Source: a virus (taxonomy: Duplodnaviria > Caudoviricetes). From it: 41,160 nucleotides of DNA. Location of the stretch: the IMG/VR virus record IMGVR_UViG_3300028588_000042, positions 1 to 41,160 of that record, one strand, 5' to 3'. The notes below the pieces were generated by a model. That model did no database searches, was not told where the DNA came from, and saw nothing but the letters and a program-made list of their open reading frames with translations. Made by a program: the position numbers and the translations under genes. Positions 34,003-41,160 of the stretch are shown here, one piece after another. Within the stretch, counting starts at the first letter, position 1. The number at the start of each line of letters is the position of its first letter.

Positions 34003-34283
34003 CGTTAATCGCTTACCTAGCAACGGCGGCGCTGGTGGTGTCCGTGATCGTAATCAACATGCAACGGGTGCGCCTGGTCGCGATGCGAGACTATGCGGCT
34101 CGGCTCGAGGGTATTGTCGATCGGGCTAAGTTCGAGGCTATGTCGGCCGAGGCTCGGTCCCGGAATGTAGGTGGGACCGGGGAGCATGCCGGCGTCACGG
34201 TCACTCCGTTGTCGCCTGTCTCGCGGGCCTGGACGATGGCTCGCGATCCGAGGTTCTCGATCCCCTCCGACCGGGTTCGATAA
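33999..34283 (+). CDS. N-terminal TM hypothetical protein
   Basis: GGAGG RBS, ATGA overlap, hydrophobic N-terminus. Confidence 0.65.
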   Translation: MTLIAYLATAALVVSVIVINMQRVRLVAMRDYAARLEGIVDRAKFEAMSAEARSRNVGGTGEHAGVTVTPLSPVSRAWTMARDPRFSIPSDRVR

Positions 34284-34289
34284 CGTCGC

Positions 34290-34450
34290 CCCACAGCAAC
34301 ATCATTGCGCGCAATAAAATTACAAAACGACCATTCCGATTTTTCAGCAACAAAATTGCGCGCAACATTCTTTCAAGGTCCAGCAATAGAGGGGGGATCT
34401 GAAAAGGCTGGGCCTTTTTGCTGGACATCGGCGCCCGGCTTTTTTTTTTG
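34290..34450. other. Probable cos/packaging-initiation region
   Basis: Unusually AT-rich non-coding block downstream of the HNH; 21-bp direct repeats, 9-bp inverted repeat, G6 tract, T10 tract. Confidence 0.6.
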
Positions 34451-34506
34451 CGTGGGCGATATTTCAATCGGGGCTAAGGGTGGCCCGACAACCCGGAGGA
34501 GCTGCA

Positions 34507-34677
34507 ATGCTAACTGACGACGAAAACAAGGTTTTGGCGATCCTCGCGGATGCTTGGAACGCGTTCCTCGCCCTGCCGGCTCAACACTCGGACGACCTGG
34601 TCGAGTTCCGTCAAACCCTCCACCGGTTGCAGGAGAAGGTTCTCGCTCGGCCGGCGCTCCGGGAGTTTGGAAAGTGA
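34507..34677 (+). CDS. Small helical phage protein
   Basis: GGAGGAG RBS; LADAWNAFLALPAQHSDDLVEFRQTLHRLQEKVLARP. Confidence 0.75.
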   Translation: MLTDDENKVLAILADAWNAFLALPAQHSDDLVEFRQTLHRLQEKVLARPALREFGK

Positions 34678-36194
34678 CCGGCCGCAAGCCCCGCGCCTCC
34701 GAGCTGGCCGACCAGGCGAACCCGGCGCGCGAGAAGCCGGCCGAGGAGGCGAAGCGGATCGCGCGCGAGACGATGAACACGGCGGACACGCTCGACGCTG
34801 CCGGATGGCCGACGTCGCGGCCCCGCATGCGCCTGGTCGCGGACTTGGTCCCTTACGCGAAAAACGCGCGGACCCATTCGGAGGACCAGGTCGCGCAAAT
34901 CGTCGCCTCGATCCGCGAGTTCGGTTGGACGGCTCCGGTCCTAACGCGCTCCGAGGACAGCTCGATTATAGCCGGGCATGGCCGCATCCTGGCGGCGCAA
35001 AAGCTCGGCCTGGTCGAGGTCCCGACGTTGGAAGCCGAGGGATGGTCGGACGCCCAGGTCCGAGCCTACGTGATCGCCGATAACAAGCTCGCGGAAAATG
35101 CCGGGTGGGATATGAGGCTCCTCGCGGCCGAGCTGCGCGACCTGGCGGAGATGGGGTTTGACCTGGACCTAACCGGGTTCACGGCCGATGAAATTGCGGA
35201 CATGGACCCGGACCGCAAGCCCGGTTTGACGGACCCGGACGACGCTCCCGACGTCCAGGAGAAGCACGTCGCCAAGCGCGGGGACGTGTGGCTCCTCGGC
35301 CCGCATCGCGTCGGCTGCGGCGACAGCACCAACCCGGACGACCTGGCGCGCGTGATGGCCGAGGGTAAGGCGGACGGCGTGTGGACCGATCCGCCTTACA
35401 ACATCAGCTATTCGGGCGGCGCTCGCCGGACCGAGGAGGACAAGGCGAAATCGCGGATCGCGAACGACAGCCTCCCGGCCGAGGAGTTCGAGGAGTTCCT
35501 CGCGGACGCGCTCCTCGCGACGTTCGGTTCGATGAAGCCGGGCGCGCCGATCTACGTCGCGCATGCCCATACCGAGGGGGCGGCGTTCATGCGGGCGTTC
35601 GCGACTGCCGGCTTTAAGCTCTCGTCTGCGCTGATATGGGCTAAGGACGTCCTCCTCCTCGGCCGCGCCGACTATCAATGGCAACATGAGCCTATCCTCT
35701 ACGGGTGGAAGCCTGGCGCGGCTCACAAGTGGTTTGGCGGCCGAAAGCAGACGACGGTTCTCGACCTGGCGGCCGGATCGGTGTTCGCGATGAACGAGGA
35801 CGGTTCGCTTACCGTCCGGGTGGGCCAGGAGTCCCTAATAGTTCGGGGGACCGAATTCACGGCCGAGGCGGTGGAGCCGACCGTCATTCGCGGCATCCCC
35901 AAGCCGAAAAAGAGCGAGGGGCATCCGACGATGAAACCGGTCGCGCTGATCGAGCGCATGCTCCGCAACTCGACCAGGCAAGGCGACGTGATCCTCGACC
36001 CGTTCGGGGGTTCGGGTTCGACGCTGATCGCCTGCGAAATGATGGAGCGGGTCGCCCGGCTGAACGAGCTAGAGCCCAGGTTCGTGGACGTGATCGTCAA
36101 GCGTTGGCAGGATTATACCGGCCGCGTCGCGACCCTTGACGGCGACGGCCGGACGTTCGCGCAGATCGAGCAAGGCGGGCGCAGTGCTGCATAG
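34674..36194 (+). CDS. ParB/Srx N-domain plus N4-C/N6-A DNA methyltransferase (beta class)
   Basis: PYAKNARTH...IIAGHGR...IADNKL; TDPPY; HPTMKP; DPFGGSGST. Confidence 0.95.
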   Translation: MTGRKPRASELADQANPAREKPAEEAKRIARETMNTADTLDAAGWPTSRPRMRLVADLVPYAKNARTHSEDQVAQIVASIREFGWTAPVLTRSEDSSIIAGHGRILAAQKLGLVEVPTLEAEGWSDAQVRAYVIADNKLAENAGWDMRLLAAELRDLAEMGFDLDLTGFTADEIADMDPDRKPGLTDPDDAPDVQEKHVAKRGDVWLLGPHRVGCGDSTNPDDLARVMAEGKADGVWTDPPYNISYSGGARRTEEDKAKSRIANDSLPAEEFEEFLADALLATFGSMKPGAPIYVAHAHTEGAAFMRAFATAGFKLSSALIWAKDVLLLGRADYQWQHEPILYGWKPGAAHKWFGGRKQTTVLDLAAGSVFAMNEDGSLTVRVGQESLIVRGTEFTAEAVEPTVIRGIPKPKKSEGHPTMKPVALIERMLRNSTRQGDVILDPFGGSGSTLIACEMMERVARLNELEPRFVDVIVKRWQDYTGRVATLDGDGRTFAQIEQGGRSAA

Positions 36195-36408
36195 GGGCAA
36201 ACTCAATCACCCGGCTTCCCTGTGGCTGCGCCATTCGACGCTGCTCAAACGCAAAGGAGGCGCGGCCGCCTGGACCGGTTACAACGTATGGCCGATCCGT
36301 AAGCTCTGGGGAATTTCCCTCGGCCGGCTAACTGTGTGCCTGCTTATTCGGGACGCGCCTCGTTACGAAAGACTACCGGGGGAGGGGCCGGCATGGGACG
36401 GCAAGTAA
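36184..36408 (+). CDS. Small hypothetical protein
   Basis: Fills the gap between methyltransferase and TerS, overlapping both; GTG start. Confidence 0.4.
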   Translation: MLHRGKLNHPASLWLRHSTLLKRKGGAAAWTGYNVWPIRKLWGISLGRLTVCLLIRDAPRYERLPGEGPAWDGK

Positions 36409-36860
36409 AGCCCCCCGAGTTGAAAGCGATCGAGGGCGGCCGGGATCGGAAGGATAGGCGACAAGCCGCTCCCGCCGATATCCCGGTCCCGGTCAACGCG
36501 CTCGGCGAGCCTCCGCGATCGGCCAAGCTCACCCCGCGCGAGCAGGAAGTCTGGAACCTGGTCGGCTCGGAGCTGCCCCCCGGCATGCTTAAAATGGTCG
36601 ATCAGTTCGTCCTGGTCGCGTTCTGTCGCGCGGTCGCGCTGCAGGATGAAGCGGCGGAGAAGCTCCGCGCCTCGTCTCTCCTGCTGAAAAGCCCTAAGGG
36701 GATGGTGATGCAGTCGCCCTACGTGGGGATCATCAACACGCAAGCTAAGACGATCAAGGCGCTCGGCGCGGAGCTGGGGCTATCCCCTGCGGCCCGAACA
36801 AGGATAAGCATGGGCGATGCCGGCGAAGAAAACGACCCAGCGGCGAAGTATTTCGCGTGA
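36393..36860 (+). CDS. terS: Terminase small subunit, P27 family
   Basis: MGR..KP.ELK.IEG...PP...W...ELGLSPAARTRI. Confidence 0.92.
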   Translation: MGRQVKPPELKAIEGGRDRKDRRQAAPADIPVPVNALGEPPRSAKLTPREQEVWNLVGSELPPGMLKMVDQFVLVAFCRAVALQDEAAEKLRASSLLLKSPKGMVMQSPYVGIINTQAKTIKALGAELGLSPAARTRISMGDAGEENDPAAKYFA

Positions 36861-38742
36861 TCGGACGACGTCCTACGCGAAAGACGTTTGCGCCGGCTCG
36901 ATCGTCGCGGGTCCGCATGTTCGGAACGCGTGTCGTCGTCACCTGGACGACCTGAAAAAGGGGAAGGGTCGGGGGCTCCGGTGGAACCTCGATCTCGCCG
37001 AGCATAAAATTCAAATGTTCGAGGACGTGTTTCGGCTCTCGGAGGGCCAATTCGACGGCCTCGCGATGAAGCTCGAGCCGGCGCAGTGCTTTATCGTCGG
37101 CTCGGTTTTCGGCTGGCAGTCCGAGCGCCGCGTCCCTGGCGCTTGGGTCCGGCGCTTCCGACGCGCGTTCGTGGAAATGGGGAAGGGCAACGGCAAGTCG
37201 CCGCTCGCGGGCGGGATCGCGCTCAACCTGTTATCGATGGAGGGGGAGGCCGGGGCCGAGATATATTCGGCGGCCGCGAAAAAGGATCAGGCGGCGATCC
37301 TATTCCGGGACGCGGTCAAGATGGTGCGCCAATCGCCCGCGCTGAAAAAGCGGATCGCGATCTCCGGAACGGTCGGCAAAGAATACAACCTCGCCCATCA
37401 TTCCTCCGGCTCGTTTTTCCGGCCGGCCTCGCGCGAGACGGGTAAGACGGGGTCGGGCTTGCGGCCGTTCGGCATCCTCGCCGACGAAATTCACGAGATG
37501 GCGGACCGGCGTATCCTCGACATGCTCGAGCGCGGGTTCAAGTTCCGACGCGAGCCGCTCCTGTTCATGATTACTAACTCGGGCTCCGATCCCAATTCGG
37601 TCGCCGGGCAGGAACACGATCACGCGATCCGCGTCGCGGCGGGCTCCCCGGACCCGGTCGGGCCGGACGGGACTTACGTCGGCGATCCGATAGACGACGA
37701 CACGTTCTCCTATGTCTGCGCGCTCGACAAAGACGACGATCCGCTCCGCGATCCGTCATGCTGGATCAAGGCGAACCCGCTCCTCGGCATCACTGTTACC
37801 GAGGAATATCTCGCCGGCCTGGTCCGCGACGCGGCGAATATCCCCTCGACCCGAAACGAAATCCTCCGCCTGCATTTCTGCATGTGGACCGAGGCGTCCG
37901 TCGCCTGGCTGACACGCGACATTGTCGATCCGTGCCTCTCCGATTTCGACCCCGGCGAACACGCGGGGGAGCCGATCGTCAACGGGCTCGACCTTTCGCA
38001 GCGGCGCGATCTCACCGTTAAAGCATGTTGCGTGAAAACCGGCTTTGTCGAGGTCCCGGTTCGTCGGTGGGGCGACAACGGGGGTCCGCCTCTGGACGAG
38101 GAGGGGGACGAGCTGCCGGCCGTCGTGATGGTGAAAAAACCGACGTTCGACGTTTGGGTAGAGGCATGGACCCCCGGCGACACGATCAAGGCGCGCTCGA
38201 TCGCCGACAAGCTGCCTTACGACCTGTGGGCGGAGGACGGGTGGCTATATGCCCCGCCGGGGCAGATCGTGGATTATCTCCACGTAGCGCAGTCCCTCGC
38301 CGAGGACGCGGACGAGTTCGATCTCCGCCTCGTGGCATACGATCGCTACGCGTTCCGTTCGCTCGAGACGTTTGTCGATCAAGTCGGCATCTCGATCGAG
38401 TTCGTCGAGCATCCGCAGGGCGGTGTAAAAAAGGGCAAAGTTACCGAGGAGATGAAGCGCGTCGCTCGCCAGGCCAACCCGCCGCGCGAGGCGGAGGGGC
38501 TATGGATGCCGGGGTCTGTCATGGCGTTCGAGGAGGCGCTCCTCGAGCGGCGCATCCGACTTCGCCGCAATCCTGTTCTGATCTCGGCGCTGCTCTCGGC
38601 CGCAACCGAAACTGACAAGTGGGGTAACCGGTGGCTTACGAAGGTCCGCTCGGTTAATAAGATCGATGCGGCGGTCGCCGTGTGCATGGCCTTAGGCGCG
38701 GCGGTCGCGCTGCTTGGCGACGTGGAGGGCGGGCTAGGATGA
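36817..38742 (+). CDS. terL: Terminase large subunit (HK97/3'-cos type)
   Basis: RRFRRAFVEMGKGNGKS Walker A, ADEIHE Walker B, WIKANP, GLDLS, KIDAAVA. Confidence 0.96.
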   Translation: MPAKKTTQRRSISRDRTTSYAKDVCAGSIVAGPHVRNACRRHLDDLKKGKGRGLRWNLDLAEHKIQMFEDVFRLSEGQFDGLAMKLEPAQCFIVGSVFGWQSERRVPGAWVRRFRRAFVEMGKGNGKSPLAGGIALNLLSMEGEAGAEIYSAAAKKDQAAILFRDAVKMVRQSPALKKRIAISGTVGKEYNLAHHSSGSFFRPASRETGKTGSGLRPFGILADEIHEMADRRILDMLERGFKFRREPLLFMITNSGSDPNSVAGQEHDHAIRVAAGSPDPVGPDGTYVGDPIDDDTFSYVCALDKDDDPLRDPSCWIKANPLLGITVTEEYLAGLVRDAANIPSTRNEILRLHFCMWTEASVAWLTRDIVDPCLSDFDPGEHAGEPIVNGLDLSQRRDLTVKACCVKTGFVEVPVRRWGDNGGPPLDEEGDELPAVVMVKKPTFDVWVEAWTPGDTIKARSIADKLPYDLWAEDGWLYAPPGQIVDYLHVAQSLAEDADEFDLRLVAYDRYAFRSLETFVDQVGISIEFVEHPQGGVKKGKVTEEMKRVARQANPPREAEGLWMPGSVMAFEEALLERRIRLRRNPVLISALLSAATETDKWGNRWLTKVRSVNKIDAAVAVCMALGAAVALLGDVEGGLG

Positions 38743-40067
38743 AGCGAAAAAACGCTGTGGACGTGTTGAACCCGCTGGCGATCGATAGTCGCCGGGGGAC
38801 GGACATCGTCACCCCGATCAGCTCCAAGGCGGAGCCGAATTGGTTCGAGAAGGCGCTCTCGTTCGTCGTCACGCGCCTGTCGCTGGTGAACCGGGAGGGG
38901 TGGCCTACTGATGACAGTCACGCCGGGGAGAGTGTCACGCCGGGGACCGTCCTCGGCCTGTCAACCGCCTGGGCTTGCGTGAACCTGATCGCGGGCGTTC
39001 TCGGGACGCTGCCGCTCGAGGTGTGGCGCAACAATCCCCGGACGGGCTTTCCCGAGCAGGCTCGCGACCATTGGCTCTCCCGCCTGATAGCGCAGCCGAA
39101 CCTCGAACAGACTAAGATTGACGTCCTCGAATTCATGGCGACGTCGCTCGAGCTGCGCGGGAACGCCTACGTCCGCAAAGGCCGGCTAGCGGCCGGGGGT
39201 TCGATCGTCTCCCTTACGCCTTACGATCCGGACGACGTTTACGTCTCGCGCAACTGGCAGACGGGCGTGATCGAGTACCGGGTCCGCGATTGGCGCGGCC
39301 GGGTGGACACGTTCACGGCCGACGACATTTGGCACGTCCGAGGGTTTGGCGGATCGCCCCTCGGAGGCGTGTCTACGCTGGCGGCCGGTCGCCAGGTGTT
39401 CGGCCTCGCCCAGGCGCTCGACAAGGCGGCCGCGACGACGTTTAAAAACGGGGTCCGCCCGTCCGGCATCCTGTCCTATCAGGATTGGCTTACGGACACG
39501 CGCAAGGCGGACGCGCGTCGCGACGTCGAGAAGCTGCAGGGCGCGGCGCAATCCGGAAAGCCGATGATCTTGGAGGGCGGCGTCCAGTGGCATCAAATTT
39601 CCTTCTCGCCGGAAGAAGCCCAAATGCTCGCCTCGCGCGGGTTCTCGGTGGAGGAGGTCTGTCGCCTGTTCGGGACCCCGCCTGTCCTGGTCGGCCATAC
39701 CGAGAAGGTGTCGAGCTGGGGGACCGGCATCCAGGAGATTACGCTCGGGTGGGTCAAGTATGGGCTCCGACGCCGGTTCAAGCGGATCGAGGAAAGCGGG
39801 AACATGCAAGTTCTCACCCCGGCCGATCGCGCGGCCGGGTATTACCTCCGCTACAATATCGAGGCCCTCCTCCGCGCAGATAGCAAGGGGCGTTCGGCGT
39901 TCTACGAAGTGATGACGCGGGCGGGGATTATGACCATCAACGAATGTCGCCGGCTCGAGGGGTTGCCCCCTGTCCCCGGTGGCGACGTCCCCCGGATGCA
40001 GGCGCAAAACGTCCCGATCGGCGCGGCGCTGCAAGCGGTCCCGGTCCCATCCGGCGAGGGGGACTAG
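38739..40067 (+). CDS. Portal protein, HK97 family
   Basis: AWACVNLIA, LRGNAY, GVRPSGIL, ILEGG, VCRLFGTPP, GIMTINECR. Confidence 0.96.
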   Translation: MKRKNAVDVLNPLAIDSRRGTDIVTPISSKAEPNWFEKALSFVVTRLSLVNREGWPTDDSHAGESVTPGTVLGLSTAWACVNLIAGVLGTLPLEVWRNNPRTGFPEQARDHWLSRLIAQPNLEQTKIDVLEFMATSLELRGNAYVRKGRLAAGGSIVSLTPYDPDDVYVSRNWQTGVIEYRVRDWRGRVDTFTADDIWHVRGFGGSPLGGVSTLAAGRQVFGLAQALDKAAATTFKNGVRPSGILSYQDWLTDTRKADARRDVEKLQGAAQSGKPMILEGGVQWHQISFSPEEAQMLASRGFSVEEVCRLFGTPPVLVGHTEKVSSWGTGIQEITLGWVKYGLRRRFKRIEESGNMQVLTPADRAAGYYLRYNIEALLRADSKGRSAFYEVMTRAGIMTINECRRLEGLPPVPGGDVPRMQAQNVPIGAALQAVPVPSGEGD

Positions 40068-40426
40068 GGGGCTTGCAATCGACCGGCCGCCATGGGACAG
40101 GGCGATTGTCTAGGACGGCGCGCGACCGGGTCAACAGCTCCCTTGGGGGTGGTGTCCTGCTCGGTTTGTAAGGACTTCGGGGGCGTGATTAAGTCGCCTA
40201 GCTCCCCCGGCCGAGTGAAGCGGTTACATTGTCCGATGGGCGCAGGGGACACACTTCACAGCGTCAAGTCGAGAGAGGGCAAGTCGGCCGGCCGGCGGCG
40301 ATAAGTCCCTCTCTCGGCGATCCCGGTTTTAGGAATAGCGGGCCTGGGAAGCCCGAGGGCGCAGATTAAATCCGTGGTCCTGGGTAAAGGCGGCTGGTTC
40401 GGTCCGGTGCGGTGCGAAAACCCCTA
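40065..40426 (+). ncRNA. Large structured RNA candidate between portal and protease
   Basis: Nested long-range helices 40081-91/40389-99, 40110-16/40377-83 and 40124-30/40322-28; 12-bp stem 40268-79/40307-18; multi-segment arm 40152-40252. Confidence 0.65.
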
Positions 40427-40431
40427 CTGAT

Positions 40432-40461
40432 AGCGGCCCCGCTGGAAACGGCGGGGCCGTT
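40432..40461 (+). terminator. 13-bp GC hairpin with GAAA tetraloop (terminator or processing/stability stem)
   Basis: AGCGGCCCCGCTG-GAAA-CGGCGGGGCCGTT; U-tract is weak. Confidence 0.6.
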
Positions 40462-40496
40462 CGCGTATGTCCGTCTCGATCAGCGGAGGCGATGCG

Positions 40497-41160
40497 ATGA
40501 CGATCCACCAAAAAGACGCGGAGTTCCACGGGCGGCGGCTCGAGGTCCCATTCCATTTCAAGGCCGAGGACGTGACGCCGGAGGGGCGGTTCAAGGGCTA
40601 CGCGTCCGTATTTAACGTGGTGGATCAGGGCGGCGACGCGGTCCAGCCTGGCGCGTTTATCGAGGGCCTGGTCGAGGCGAAGTCCGCCGGCCGGCTAATT
40701 CCGATGCTCTGGCAGCACGATCGGACCGAGCCGCTCGGGACCTGGGTCGATCTCGCCGAGGATACCAAGGGCCTCTATGCGGAGGGGCAGCTCGTTCTCG
40801 AGGACAATCCGGTCGCCAAGCGGGCGCTGTCGCTTCTCCGGAATAAGGCGCTCGGCGGCATGTCGATCGGCTATCGCATCCCGGCGGCCGGCGCGGAGGA
40901 GGACCCCAAGCGGCGCGGCGTCTACCTCCTGAAAAAGGTGACGCTGGTCGAGGTGTCCCTCGTCACCATGCCGATGTTGATCCAGGCGCGGGTCCAATCG
41001 GTCAAGTCGCTGCTCGAGGGCGGCGTTCACCCCTCCATTGCGGACCTGGTCGGCGTGTTGCGCGAGGTCGGGTTCGAGGCCGATCTCGCAAAGGCGATCG
41101 GCGAAGCGGCGAAACCGATCCTCGAACGTGTCGGCGAGCCCGAAACAATGGGCATGGCGT
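40497..41160 (+). CDS. HK97-family prohead maturation protease (wraps to 206; 239 aa), absent from the ORF track
   Basis: GGAGG RBS; FKGYASVFNVVDQGGD...MLWQHD...GMSIGY...LVEVSLVTMP. Confidence 0.95.
   Translation, partial: MTIHQKDAEFHGRRLEVPFHFKAEDVTPEGRFKGYASVFNVVDQGGDAVQPGAFIEGLVEAKSAGRLIPMLWQHDRTEPLGTWVDLAEDTKGLYAEGQLVLEDNPVAKRALSLLRNKALGGMSIGYRIPAAGAEEDPKRRGVYLLKKVTLVEVSLVTMPMLIQARVQSVKSLLEGGVHPSIADLVGVLREVGFEADLAKAIGEAAKPILERVGEPETMGMA

Noticed and set aside
34674-36194. Plasmid partition system or restriction-modification system
   Set aside because: The ParB-like domain is the common N-terminal fusion of phage methyltransferases near terminase genes; no ParA or restriction endonuclease is seen.
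203-40034. Many long opposite-strand or alternate-frame ORFs (e.g. 203-1177, 14164-15312, 26977-28473, 39186-40034)
   Set aside because: They are Arg/Pro/Gly-rich shadows of real genes, expected in high-GC DNA, with no RBS or recognisable motifs.
40240-40256. Fifth copy of the 17-bp operator (GCGCAGGGGACACACTT)
   Set aside because: Only a partial match, and the bases are accounted for by an RNA stem with 40152-60.
40065-40430. Identification as tmRNA, RNase P RNA, tRNA or a group I/II intron
   Set aside because: I see no T-arm/CCA, no GAGGAAAGUCC, no group I P7 elements and no group II domain V. A short resemblance of 40382-40425 to RNase P P14 is better explained by pairing with 40065-91.
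41011-41160. 150-bp terminal repeat as a biological direct terminal repeat
   Set aside because: It falls inside the protease gene, has a read-like length and two mismatches near the contig ends. TerL/HNH type suggests cos ends elsewhere, so it is best explained as assembly overlap.
1-41160. CRISPR array, tRNA genes, diversity-generating retroelement, IS elements
   Set aside because: I saw no regularly spaced repeats, cloverleaf with T-loop consensus, reverse transcriptase or transposase motifs by eye; tRNAscan and a self dot-plot would confirm.

Overview
The window is an apparently complete, circularly permuted genome (unit length 41,010 bp; bases 1-150 recur at 41011-41160) of a GC-rich HK97-type siphophage. 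The host is probably an alphaproteobacterium (GapR/DUF2312 gene, Sphingomonas-phage-like tail tip; inference). The + strand late arm runs HNH-P-loop, cos-like region, ParB-methyltransferase, TerS, TerL, portal, protease, capsid, neck, tail, tail tip, SGNH tailspike and lysis genes. A - strand early arm (17.9-27.2 kb) carries small accessory and regulatory genes. A + strand early/middle arm (27.4-34.3 kb) encodes GapR-like, AAA+, RusA and a replication initiator with an internal origin. I recognise no integrase, CI-type repressor, ParA, helicase or polymerase. The most notable signals lie outside the ORF track. (1) A ~75-nt promoter-to-terminator small RNA (22066-22141) carries two separate 11-nt segments exactly complementary, in the correct antiparallel order, to the leader and RBS of the main early leftward transcript 5 kb away, with a second bipartite site in another early leader. 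(2) A ~360-nt multi-helix RNA-like element fills the gap between the portal and protease genes. (3) Two recurring palindromic DNA motifs (GGTCCC-N11-GGGACC and AAGCRTG-N2-ACACGYTT) sit at operon boundaries. (4) The tail tip protein ends in a Hint (intein-like) autoprocessing domain. All family assignments come from motif recognition by eye, not database searches.
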